Shown: positions 1-12,500 of the stretch, piece after piece
How positions within the stretch are numbered: position 1 is the first letter of the stretch
Layout of the letters: the number at the start of each line of letters is the position of its first letter
Source of the DNA: Azolla caroliniana
Taxonomy: Eukaryota; Plantae; Polypodiophyta
Reading direction: 5' to 3'
NCBI GenBank assembly: GCA_043228905.1
Contig: JBHGNT010000001.1
Coordinates: forward strand, 2,356,001-2,420,000
Length of the DNA: 64,000 nt
Made by a program: the position numbers and the translations under genes
The notes under the pieces: model-generated
Database searches by the model: none
What the model saw: the letters and a program-made list of their open reading frames with translations, nothing else
Told to the model about the DNA's origin: nothing

Positions 1-2002
1 ATCAATTACACACAAATGGACAAGGAGTCTCTAAAGAAAAAGCAAGACATCTCAACTCCTTTACACATGCAAAACATTGAGTGGGGGATTTTTTCGCAAT
101 CTAGCCATGGCGAACATTAGATCACTAATATTGTATTCTTACTTTAGAGACCATACATGTAGTGAGCGTGTGAACCATGATTACAAACATTGATTATGTA
201 TTCTTAATTTAGAGACCGACAATTTAGAGAGTATATTGCATACAATGATCTTGGGATTGCCCTTTGCGAATCATGATGCATACTCTAATATCAATTGGAT
301 ACTTAATACAAACCAAACCTTATATGTGCCCAATGTCAATTCATCTAGATTCCACTCTCTACTTCTTTTGCAGCACAACAAGTGTCTTGCAAATGAAATG
401 CCTACTCATCTTTGAAAGTGGATTTATTCTATTTGCGAGAACAATTATAGATAAAGTTTCATATGTAATGACTATAATTGCCTAGTAAATGTTGAGATAG
501 AGATATTCCATGAAATGAATTATTATGCATTATGAGGGATTTTGTCATGAACGATATTTCTTGACCTTGCCACAATTATTCATTTAACTTGCAAAAAACT
601 AGAGTGGATTCAAATCATTGAGTATGGATAGAAACATCCTATGAAATTGATTAGGATGCAAAACAAATATTCTCAATGTATCGAAATAATCTTGACATTC
701 CCACAAGTACAATTGCATAATTACATTTGAATAAACAGATGATCTTTTACACTCTAGAGTCGAGACATATATGTTGCTTTTAGTAATCAATGGATTTGTA
801 ATTGGATTATGATACTTCAAATTTGGAATCACTAAGCAAATAAGGTTGCAAATAATCTAGCCAACCCATATGGCTACGTGCTATCATTGTGCTTGAAAGT
901 ATTTTACTGTTATGAAAGTTGAATTTTGAATTTTTCTTTGAACAGGAGAGTGGGGATTTCAATTAGAACAAGTTAGTTTATCGTATTTGGAAATAACACA
1001 CACATTTGAATGCACATAAGGGTAACATCCCCTCCTTAACATTAGCCAAGTGGTAAATGGATAAGAGTTGGCATGACATTCTTTATGAACATTAAGCATA
1101 ATCCTCGACATATGGATGGTTTGAGGCTTGATCAATAGTGAGATCCTCGTTATGATACCTTAACTACAATGTTTTTGACAACATGTCATAAGACAACTAC
1201 TATGTGAAGAAGTAGAATATGCACACTACCATTACCCCTTTATGGGATGTAGTCAGGAATGTCCATGGGTACAGGGAGGTCGACCAATGAGGCGGAGCAT
1301 ACTTGTGTTCAAGGAGATTTTTACCCATGCCCTCACGTGCATGCGGACATTTCCTAGTGTCAACAAAATAATGATGGGCAATTTGTTAGTACTGCAAACA
1401 TTTAAATGTTGAAGTTTCACATTCAAAGAGCTTCACAAAGTAATAGTGGGCAAATTGTTATTATTTATGAGCATTTAAATGTTGAGGTTATACATTCATT
1501 TCGATATATCATAGAACTTTAATGCAAAATATGTGATATTTCGTTGTTGTTTTCAAAGTATACACATGGAATGGATATGAGGCTAGATAATAGGATATCT
1601 CGTTCATTCCCTTGCGTAGTGTTCAAGGAGTATTCTTCAAATGCTTCAATTGGGTAAACTCTTTTCCATATATTTTCACTCATCCTATAAGAATTTTGAT
1701 TGCTTTAAAAATTATTTGAGTTGTACTACAATACATACATTGGTAATATGGTTTGTTAGTTTTGTTGGAGATGCTCACTACACAAACTCTTTTGACCTTT
1801 TGATCCCAACGTAATACAAGTGTTCGAGCATCTTGAATTCTTTATGTGCACATCATCAAATGTGCATGAACATGAATAGGCACAAACACAAAACATGATG
1901 TTTGTGCTTAGCACCACCATTGGACAAGTATATGTTTGTGGGCTAGTCATTGTTGGCCTTAGTGAACATTTTGTCTCTATGTATGTTTAGTTAGTCGTGG
2001 CC

Positions 2003-2330
2003 TGTGGGCAATGGTTTGGTTTGAGCCAAAACCAAACCAAATAATCACAATTTAACGAGTTAAATGGTTTGGTTTATGTTCCAAATTTGGAAACTACATT
2101 GGTTTGACTTAAGGGTTTCCAATTAAGTTTGAAATTGTATGAGTTCAATTGTTTACAATTTATGTGTCTTTAAACAATGGCTTAAACTGCAAGCATGTGT
2201 TGTTTTAATGATGTAAACAAATCACAAGGTCATTTTTATCATATAAATTAATATAAATATCATAAACCCGTATGCATCCCTTTTTATTTACTAAATGTTT
2301 TGGAAGTTTAAATGGCTTAGGTTTGAAGAT
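2003..2330. mobile_element. Possible CpG-decayed remnant of the hAT-type MITE family seen at 35469-35876
   Basis: GGCAATGGTTTGGTTTGAG...CAAAACCAAACC resembles the left end GGCAACGGTTCGGTTCGG...TTTGAG...CAAAACCGAACCG of the intact copy, with CG>TG/CA changes. No right TIR or TSD found, so the end coordinate is approximate. Confidence 0.35.
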
Positions 2331-3764
2331 CTCTTTAAAAAATCAACGTCTAGTTTGAGTTTAAGACTCCCAAAAGGATGGCGCCTCATTGAGATGTTGT
2401 CCACCGGTTGCTTTAGTATCCATTTCAAAGGACTCGTGTATCATCAATCTAATATGTTTACCAATAAGAGACATAATACCTCCTTATCTTTACACTTAGT
2501 TTAATTTAATTTGGTTGTGTTACTTAGATACCTCGACACTCACAACACAAGTTATGAGGGCATTCCTTTCATCTATGTAAATATCATCTTAAACCTTTTA
2601 GACACATGATGCTAAATGTAAAGTATGTACGGTGCTTCCATTTGGCAAGTATTCATGTTGTGTAGTGGGAGTGATTGCCTATTTTCCCAATGGCGAATTT
2701 TACATTCAAATGAGTGGCATATTGTTGTGAAGGTGGAGATGCTTGTCGTGGGGCTCCACTCAAAAGTATTAATGGGTGGATCTCTTTTAGAGAATCCTTA
2801 GATTGAGCTTTGCCTCAAAATATGTATGGGACTATGGTATATTGCCAAATAATGTGAATGTTTTTATGATTGCCTTAGATATTGGTGTTTGATTTAGGTA
2901 TTTGTTTGGGACATTCACTTGACATGGCGATTTTGTGATGGGCTCAATCATGAGGATGAAATGCTTAGTGTGTGACAAACCTTGTATTAAAACAAAGAAC
3001 ATTTGCATATGCTACACTGAATTCTTGTGACTTAAAGGAAACATACACATAACAATTGAAGGATGACTACATTGGGGCAGGTCCCTTTCAACATATTTTG
3101 GTAGTGTCCCTTCATCCCAAGGAGTTGGCCCTGTGATGTTGTCCCTAAATCAAAATCTTTGGCATGAACTATTGTAAGGGGATGTTTGACCAATATGTTT
3201 TCAATCATTTTCGTATCTTTTGGGATAGAATGTCACAAAGAAACTTTGGCCACTTTTGTTTGATTTGGGATCATTTTGTGTATATCCACACAGGTGGTCC
3301 AAAACCATTGATGTAAAGGCTCCACATTTTTTAAGGTCATGTTAAGTATAATCATTTTAATACATTACCAATATTCATTTCCATACGATTTGGCTCTTGG
3401 GCGAAACTCATACGTAATCACTTCATTTGTTTGTCGCGTATTGTGCTCTCTTGCCCCTTTTCTCTTTGACAAACCCATTTTCATCTCTAGCTTGCTCACC
3501 TTGCTTCATGAATTATTATTATCAACATTTTATTGTGTAGTTTAATATTATCATTGGTTTATCATGTAATCACTATCTTATTATGTAGTTTAAAATCTAA
3601 TATGCTCTCTAGGAAACACTCGTCACAATGTCACATCCCTTCATGATTTTGTACATACTTTGATTGCAATTTTAGTTTACTACTACTTCTTTTATGCCTT
3701 ATTATGGCCTTAAAAATAACGTGTGCAAAATAGCATAATGTAAAGGATTAAAATCAAAGCCAAT

Positions 3765-6700
3765 TATTTTATTTTATTTTCCAAAAAAAGATACTACATT
3801 AGTATTAGAAAACGCCATAAGGCTAAACATACAAGATATACCACCGATCCCCTATGTTTTTCTAAATTCTAACCATCGGCTTAAATAAACACTTTGGTGT
3901 TGAGTAGAACCACTCCACCTTATCAAAACGCTCTCTATAAAATATACCTATGTCCCAAATGGTATGAAACTCCACACGCCTAAGCTCCGCTTGATGCGTA
4001 TTACCTTTTATACTATCCAAAATCCCTCTGAAATTATGCACAATCTCTATCTAAATTCCCAAATTTATTTGGGCAGGTCTTTCTGTCACATTTTGAAATA
4101 CCTTCAATCATCGAGCCTTCCAAATATACCGAATTGTAATACTACTTACCAATTACCATATTTGAGGTTTATCAGTTTGTATTTGTGGATTTAGAGGGGT
4201 CAAACTTTTTTCCATCAAACCATGTCTCATCATAATAGCATCTGCAACCTCCTCCTGTTCATATACCATTGGTTTATCATGTACCACCACCCATAATATT
4301 GCACCCCATGTGTACACTGCTCTAGGATATATTTGAGTTAATAAATTTATGATATGTTTCCATATGTCCAGAGCAAAACCACAACGCCACAAACAATGTT
4401 TAGCAGTCTCTATTACATCTGTACAAAAAGGGCACATTTGTAATCACCCTCACTTCTTTCTATAAACAAAACCTAAACAAATCATTTTCCATAGGTGTAA
4501 AGATTAACCTACCATCATCTCGTACATCAAAACTCATACACTCTTGTTCCCCAATATAGGCTTTAACTCCAATTAAAACATCCAATGGAGTAAATAAACC
4601 CATCAACTTCTGTGCAGCAGATCTAATTTGCATCTGAACATTAAAAAGGGCATTTTGGATCATATAATACATTATCTTCCCACCCCTTATATTACTAATT
4701 AATATCATTCATTGATCTATAGGTTTAGACTGAAATGTTTTCCATGCACCTATAGGCTGTGCTGGCCCACAATCTAATTCTACCCATGCACATCTATTAC
4801 GCATTCCCAACATTTGTCCTCTTTGGTCAGTCAACCATGAATTCCAAATCAGAGGTTGTCTATAGAATTCAGATTCTGTTTTTGGCTATGTCTTAACTAA
4901 ATCAAGAGAAATATCTTTCCATGCATTAAGAACACATCGAGCAAATCTCTCTTCCCAATTTGTACTAATAGCCAATTTGTTATGTTCCATAAAAGCCCAT
5001 CTATCACTAGGCCTCCAATCTCCACCCGTCTTAGGACAAAACCTTTGCAATTCATAAAACAACAATTGTTTCCAAGGTTCCAATCCTGGCAACAATCCTT
5101 GAATCACCAATTTTGCCATCAAAGCTTTGGACTGTTGTAATGGATCCACAATCCCTAATCCTCCTTGATCCATTGGCTTAACAATTGTGGACCAAGAGAC
5201 TTTTGCCCTAGCATGGCTTCCATCATTACCAGACCACAAATAATTTCGAATCAATCTTTGCAATTGTCCCATACATGCTCTCGAAAAACTCCAACATGAC
5301 ATAATATACCAGAGACTAGACAACAAAACTTGATTAACGACTATCACTCTACCCACAAATGATAGTTTAGCTTTACTCCAAAACAAAAGTTTTTTCATAA
5401 TTTTCAATAGCAAAGAAGTAACCTGAATTTCTGAAGAAATATTCAAACCTACTTGACATCCCAAATATCTAACTGAAGTGCCCTTATGAACCCATCGAAA
5501 ATCTGGATGAGGACTCCATTGTGGAGTTGTGGAATTGGACGATACCAAAAAACCCACTGATTTATTCCAATTAATTGATGCACCTAAAGCCATATAAAAT
5601 GTTTGCACTATTGTGTACATTTTCTGCAGATTATTATTCTGACCATCCAGATACAAACTTGTTTCATCAGCAAATTCTACATCAACCACATTTGTCCCAT
5701 CAATGGTCATTGCTATTCCTTTCAATCCAACCTCTTCAGCAGTAAAAAAACAAACTCATCGCTTCAGCAAAAAACAAAAATAAATATGGTGCAAGTGGAC
5801 AGCCTTGTCGTACACTTCGAGAAATTTGAAACTCATCACCTTTAACCCCTCTTGCCAAAACAGAACTACATACTGAATTATACAAAGAAGACACTCCTAT
5901 CACCCATTTCTTCGGAAAACCCAATCTTACAAGAGTACCTTGAAGGAACTCCCAATCAACACGATCATATGCTTTTTCAAAGTCAAGTAACAAAATCACT
6001 AAATCCTCTTTTTTCTTCCGAGCCAAGGCAATGGCTTCCCAAAAGAAGAACCAATTATCCAGTATACTTCTTTCCTGAATAAAACCTGTTTGGGTGATAT
6101 GAATCAAATCATGTAAGAACGGTTGCAATCTCAATGACAATGTTTTTGCAAAGATTTTATATATTGTATTTAACAAAGTTATTGGTCTCCATTTTCTAAT
6201 ATCATCTGATATACCTTCAACCTTAGGTATTAAATAAATCAAGCCAACTGCCATACTACAAGGCATGTACCTAGTGTAAAAAATTCTTTGATAAGCTTTT
6301 GTTAAGTCTTCCCCAATATATTCCCAATATTTGAGGAAAAAATGTGGAGTAATTCCATCCTCCCCTGGACAAGACATAAGACTTAAAGCTCTAAGTGCAT
6401 TATGTAATTCCATAATGTCAAAGGGCTTAAGTAATGCGACCTTCATTTCATTTGTAACTTTTGGCTTAATTTTGTCCTACACACATTTCCTACTTATGTG
6501 AATAGGTTCTGTAACCACTCCAACAAACAACAATTTAGCATAATACGTAGTAGTAATTTGTACAAACTCTGACTCATCTTCTGTTAAGGAGCCATCTTCC
6601 CTCCTTAGTTGTTTAATCCCTACTGCCGACCATTTCGGTGCAACTTGGGAAAAAAACGTCTTGTTTACTTTGTCACCTACTTGTGTCCATTTTGAAGCAG

Positions 6701-7270
6701 AAGCTTGATATTGAAATTTTAAAATGTTGTCCTCAATCTTTCTTAATTCCCATTTCGCATTATGTAAAGCATTTGCTGTCCATTCACACAATGGATCCCT
6801 TTCTTGAAAATGTTGCAACGATGTCAAGGCACGATGCATACTGATAATTTTTTGTGTATATCTTTCCCTTTTCCCCTGTGCCCGAGAGATAAAAAACTAC
6901 TAATATGTGATATTGCCAAGGCCACATTATCTTCCACATTTCCAATTTGCAATAAAGTCTGTCTCCATATATACATAACTTGTTCAATAATTATGGATTC
7001 TGTAAACAATTCTGGTGGAATCCTTATTCTCCCTCGTTGCTTATGTTTTTTCCCATCATTAAGTTGTAATACAACTGGGGCATGATCGGAGAAAGTCGTA
7101 CCTGGATAAATGCCAACACTCCCTCCTATCTCCGTAAGTAAATCATCAACATAAATCCTATCAATTCTTGACAGATTTACCCCATTTACTCTTCTATCAA
7201 ATCTAGAAAACATTAAAGAATTATGCAATTTTCCGAATGATGGTAAATGTCAAACATCCAACAACCTTCT
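3765..7270 (-). mobile_element. 5'-truncated, frameshifted L1/Tx1-clade LINE ORF2 (endonuclease C-terminus, RT, zinc finger)
   Basis: Consecutive minus-strand ORFs: SRIDRIY..SDHAPV (APE end, 6824-7228); WRPITLLNTIYKI, LDFEKAYDRVDW, VRQGCPLAPYLF (5736-6446); EFADET, YLGCQVG, GGLGIVD (4886-5725); CPFC..ETAKHCLWRC (4153-4437). A-rich tail on the minus strand near 3765-3780. Confidence 0.92.
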
Positions 7271-8903
7271 ACTTAGTGTATAATTTCAAAGCCAATTATT
7301 TATAAAGGAAGCTAAAAAAATTTCTGAAATGATTGCATCTCAAATCAATCACTTATGCAAGTTCATTACCCTAGTTGGCAAACAATTTATAATGGTTTTG
7401 GCCACATGTTTGATTTGCATAGTTTGTTCATTCACACGTCTTAAGATTTTTATATTGGTTTTATTAGTGAACTCAGTACAAGTTTATATACTTTAACTCA
7501 TTTAGAGCATCTTTTACATACGACTAAAATATATCATGTCTCTCCGATGAATTTCATCACCTAAAGGGGTTGAAAACACTCTATTGTACTCTAGTTAATG
7601 CAACATCTAGTTGACACGACATTTACATTGCATGTATAACCCCACCCCAATGATTGTATTATTTTAAGTTGCAAGAATTGTGGATGACAAGTGGAAAAGA
7701 ATCATTTTTATTGCATGTGGCGTTTCTTAAGCAATGCTTTAAGAAGAAGAAATATTCTTGATGTAAGTCTATTTGTCTAACACGAGTGCTAGTGAAATTG
7801 TTAACCATTTTCTCAACCCGGTGATATTTCCTTTGTATCTTTTCAATAATGCCTAATGGGTGGGCCTCAATCCTCTTCTTGTAGACAACACACGAATTTT
7901 GGCAAACGTCGATAATGTACTAATTTATTACTAGTGCTTCCCGTAACACCCATGGACTATGAACACTATTGCTCGTGAATGTGATCTAGTTCTTAACATG
8001 TACTTAAGACAACTATCTTGATGTTAAGATAATAATCTAGATTAAGATTGGTGCAAGTTCTTTGGTTGTTTACATATTTGGGGATGCACCTACACATATA
8101 TGTGAAAAGAGTCTATTACTAATCAATAGACCAAAGAAGGAAAATTGATTGGATAGAAGAACCCGTTCCACCCAACCACCCCCAAGCTATGATCAAGACA
8201 TAGCCAACCTACCACCGACGTCCCATATCACCGAATATTAGGATGACTAATACCTTGGAAGAGATAACACGATTGTCGAGATGAAAGCCTAGCCCCCACC
8301 ACCTGTGTCTAAGATAACAACCTTATGACGTAATGTGCCTATGAAGGTAGCTAAGCCTCATATTTATAACTCTCCCTAGGGCCCTTGAATAGATGTGCCT
8401 TTCTAAAAGACTCTCCATTCATTAGTAGTTTAAATCATGATAGTGCATGCACCTATCATTCCTTCTATCCAATCACATTAGTCCCTTTTTAACATTAGTG
8501 AACATACCCTTCACTTATGTAATATTACTGACCTACCCTCACCTACGTTATGTGTTACAAAACCCATCAAGAAGATCAATTTCATTAATTTCATCATACT
8601 TGAGTATTTCCTCAAATACATCATCAAACCTAGCAAGCTCACCCAACTCGTATAATATATAACATATAACCCATCGATTTAAAGCTTAGACTCAAAAGTT
8701 TGCGTTAGGGAATCCTATTGTGTAGCAAATTGTTGTGTACTATGCCCATATCTTAGAAAATCACGTTTTTGCCTGACTCAAAAATTTTCATCAAGGAAGG
8801 GCATTGTATATGTGAAAAATCAATGCAAAGGAATTTTCAGTTGATTGCCCATAATATGAATGGAGAAACACACACAAGAAGAAGGAAGAAAGAAGAAGGT
8901 GAC

Positions 8904-9318
8904 AAGGGTATTTGGAAAATCTCGAAAAAACATGCCATGCAGAAGAGTTGAATGGAAGGTTGCATGTGTGTTGGGAGATTCATGAAAGACGGGGAAGCAA
9001 TGAGGATTTCCACCCACAAGTTTCCTCAGAACAAAAAAAAGCTCGTAGATGGAATGCCCGCCTAGGCTTTCGAGGTACGATGAAATGGGGCGGCTGCTAT
9101 GAAAGAAAATCTGAGCAACTTATTAAACATATGTCTGGAGTTGTAGGAGGGGTATTTTGGGTAAATTTCCCATGAAAGAAGAAGAAGAAGAAGAAGAAGG
9201 AGAATGTGGTAGGGGTATTTTGAGAAATATCGAAACATTGGTGTTAGTAAAAGGATTTGGTGGAGGGGGGCATCTTGGGAGTTTTGGTAAAAGGAGGGGC
9301 TATTTCGGTAAATTTCCC
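8904..9318 (+). promoter_or_regulatory. Cluster of five AGGGG(T/C)ATTTTGG-like motifs upstream of COG6
   Basis: Copies near 8904, 9148, 9211, 9264 and 9295, followed by a GAA-rich leader before the ATG at 9522. Function is inferred only. Confidence 0.4.
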
Positions 9319-9521
9319 AAAATGAAGAACAGAAGGACGAAGAAGAAGATCGAGCAGCAGGCATCAGCGAAAGCAGAAGAAGAAGTAGCGAGATCCGGAA
9401 GCAGTGCGATCTAAAAGAAGAAGAAAAATGAAGAATTGAGATTTTGAAGAAAGAAGAAGGATCCACCAGAAGAAGAAGAAGAAGAGAGAAGAAGAGTGAA
9501 GAGAGAATAAGAGAGCAAAAG

Positions 9522-12500
9522 ATGAGTACTACTCTGGCTCCGGGGCTTGCGCGGAAGCTGAAGAAAGTACTTGAAACGCGTACGGACTCTCCAGATCTGT
9601 TGGTGTCTCTCACTACCCTCTCTTCTTTCTACACAGAGAGCGGTGGTAGCCAGGGAAGGAAGAACTTACGAACCACGATTGAACGGCGAGGTCTATCCAT
9701 CAACGAAGAGTTCCTCATCGCGTCTGAAGCAGCACAAAATGTACGTCTTTATAAATTGATGTGTGTGTGTGTGTAAGCGAGTAATTGAGAGAGTGTGATG
9801 GGTAGGGATAGATAGACAGATATATTTTTAACGTCCGTGTAAGGTAGATTGCGATCTATTAAGGTCTGAACTTGATGCTATGGGTAATCTATTATTTTCC
9901 TTGAGAGGAGACTAACATGAGAAAGAAAATGAAACGTTGTGATGCTAATGTTTATGTTGATGAGAGGAAGAGATGATGGTGATCTATTATTCTTCTCAAG
10001 AGATGAGTAACCTGAGGTGCAAAACGAACTGAAATGAGATGTTAGGGCCAAAATGAGCCGTGAGACCGAAGAAATGATCGCCAAGTGAGATCTGATACGA
10101 TATCAATGCCTGTTATGAAGGACAAAAAGGGAATGTATAACATCTCAAGCAGGAATAGTATGGATGTTATGAATTGGCTAAAAGATGGTAGTACTAATGC
10201 TCATATAAAGACGAGGAAGATGGCATCAGCTCCTGAGAACAAAATAGAATTGAGTTATGTACATATAAAAAAAGGGATTTTCAGAAATTCCAAATAATGG
10301 TCTAGATCTGGTTGTAATATTCTCTTCTCTATCTCCTCTTAGCATGTGAGTTGGCACTCTAGTTTTAGAATGAATCCTCGAGGGCAGTTCATACTTCTAG
10401 TATTTTGCTGGAATGGGAACTGAAGATCTTTGTGATGAAGAAGGTGATATATCAATGTTCATGGGGGCTAACATGACCCATGAGAAGAAAAATGGTTACA
10501 AAACACTTTTCCCAGCAATATAATTGGGAGAATTTAACCACGCACAGTAAAAATAGAATGTAAAAGCTGAAATGAAAATCTAAGCTGAAATTGATTAATT
10601 TCATTACAGGGAAGCTATATATAAATGAAAAAAGATTTACTTAAGCTCTTTAGTCACTATAACTTAATTTCACATCTAGGAAGCTAAATTTTCCATGCTG
10701 TTTATCTCAAAGATTGGTTCCCCTTTTGGCATTTCTTTTATTGGTAAGTAATAGAAAATAATACAATATCATAGAGCTCAAAATCTTAGAAAATCAACCA
10801 GCATTTTCCCCTGTATCAGCAGTAAAATCCACACTCTGAGCAATTGTTCGCTGGCATGCTAGGAAACGTAGTAAATCAGCTATGGTTATTTTGTTTTGGT
10901 TCTCTGATATGACTGTTTATCCATCTCTAAAACTGAATTTTGAGTTTCATCAAAAGAGAGGTCCGTTGAATAAGGCTAGTCTTTCCAATGCTGCCAAATA
11001 GGACCTCTTCATAATAAACATTTCATTTATTCACTCACTTATTAAATTCTATGTGAATTTATGTAGAACTTCACTTAAAGTGTCTTTATGTGTCACAACT
11101 TTACAATTGTACACATTTACCATCTACAGGTTCGACTGATAACTCATATAGACTTGATCCCATGGGATGCCAATCCCATATATTAGATGGAAAAGTTTAC
11201 AGCAGTCACCAAGGTGATATTCCTACTCCTTCACACATTAGGATGCCCCTAGGATAACTGATCATAGCATATGAACCCATGCCTAGAATGGCCCGGAGGT
11301 ATGTATGTTGAGGCCCAGGGGCCTCTGCCTATACTCTGTAGATCGCGGTGTAATATTTCCATCAGCATATGTTCCAGATATGAGGTCATGGATAAGTTTG
11401 ATCATGAACTCAATATATGCTTGCTTCGATCCATTATGACTTTGTCTTGAAGCTCAGTTATTTGTCTCAATAGTAAAGCCTTATCTTCTCTACCCAGTTC
11501 TAGGATAAACCTTTCATAACATCCAGGTATCCATAATCTATGGGCACATGAAGATGGTTTGCACTCCACATAGCTGGTGGACCCTGGAGTGACTATTAGG
11601 ATGTTTACGAGGTGGAGCATTGCATTGGGATGATCAGCCCTTTCATCTGGATATTGTGGTTCTTTTGGATCATTGACATTTTCCTTTGTGGGATGGTCAT
11701 TCCATTTGAGTGGTCTTCAAACTAGCTCATGGATATTTCTATCCCTAGTTCTCCTTTTTGAAGATGAGGTTTCTTTGGGGCTGATTCTAGGAAAGTGTGC
11801 CAATTATTATGCTTGTGATAATGATACTGATATTTTTTAGTTTCTTGATGACAATAAGAAACAAGTATTACATGCTATACATTTTATTCTATTTTTTGGT
11901 ATACTTACAAGTTGGAAAAGTCATCATGTCTAAATGAAGGCTTATTGACTGAGCTAGAAGATAATTCTAATTAGCGTATTTACCTTTTATAGGCTCTAGA
12001 TGCTGTGGAACGAGAAATTTCTGGGTTGACTGATTGTTATGAAAGGTATTATTTCTGTTTTGATATCTAACAAGCTTTTATTTTTCATTTTTTACACTGA
12101 CATTCTGTTCCATGTTAGAAACTGCAATATGAATTTGGGCGTTAACTCTATGGAATTAGCTTTCTTAAGATTGTAAGATTAGCTTTTCTATAATTACTTG
12201 TATGCGTATAAATAGAGGATGCTATGTTAGATGCATACCATGATTTAGTTAATCTCTCTATGATTTTCAAATGGGTATATTAGTACAGCGTTATCATCAG
12301 CTTAATTATGCGCATTGCATGTCCACTAGTCCACTAATGCAGTAGGAAAATGTTATATTTAATCTCTATAGTAGTTTGATCAATCTCAAATTGAAATTTT
12401 AGTTTTTTTTATCATTATTGCATTATCATCGGCTTGATTATGCTTTGCAAGTCTATTGGGGAAATGTTTACATGTTCTTTCGATTCATGTGCAGTCAGAG

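Noticed and set aside
1250-1357. GC-richer patch with short inverted repeats ending in CTAGT, like a Helitron 3' end
   Set aside because: The hairpin is poor and no 5' TC end or second copy is identifiable.
7930-7958. Minus-strand CCATGGGTGTTACGGG...CTAG|T, a possible Helitron terminus
   Set aside because: The palindrome is imperfect and has no supporting element body.
9062-9613. 183-aa minus-strand ORF and the 9444 N-terminal extension of COG6
   Set aside because: These are products of the GAA-rich leader and antisense of exon 1; 9444 is a TTG, and homology starts at ATG 9522.
9878-11800. Coding-like stretches in COG6 intron 1 (e.g. ORF 11402-11620)
   Set aside because: No recognisable motif and interrupted by stops; probably old TE debris that I cannot assign without a search.
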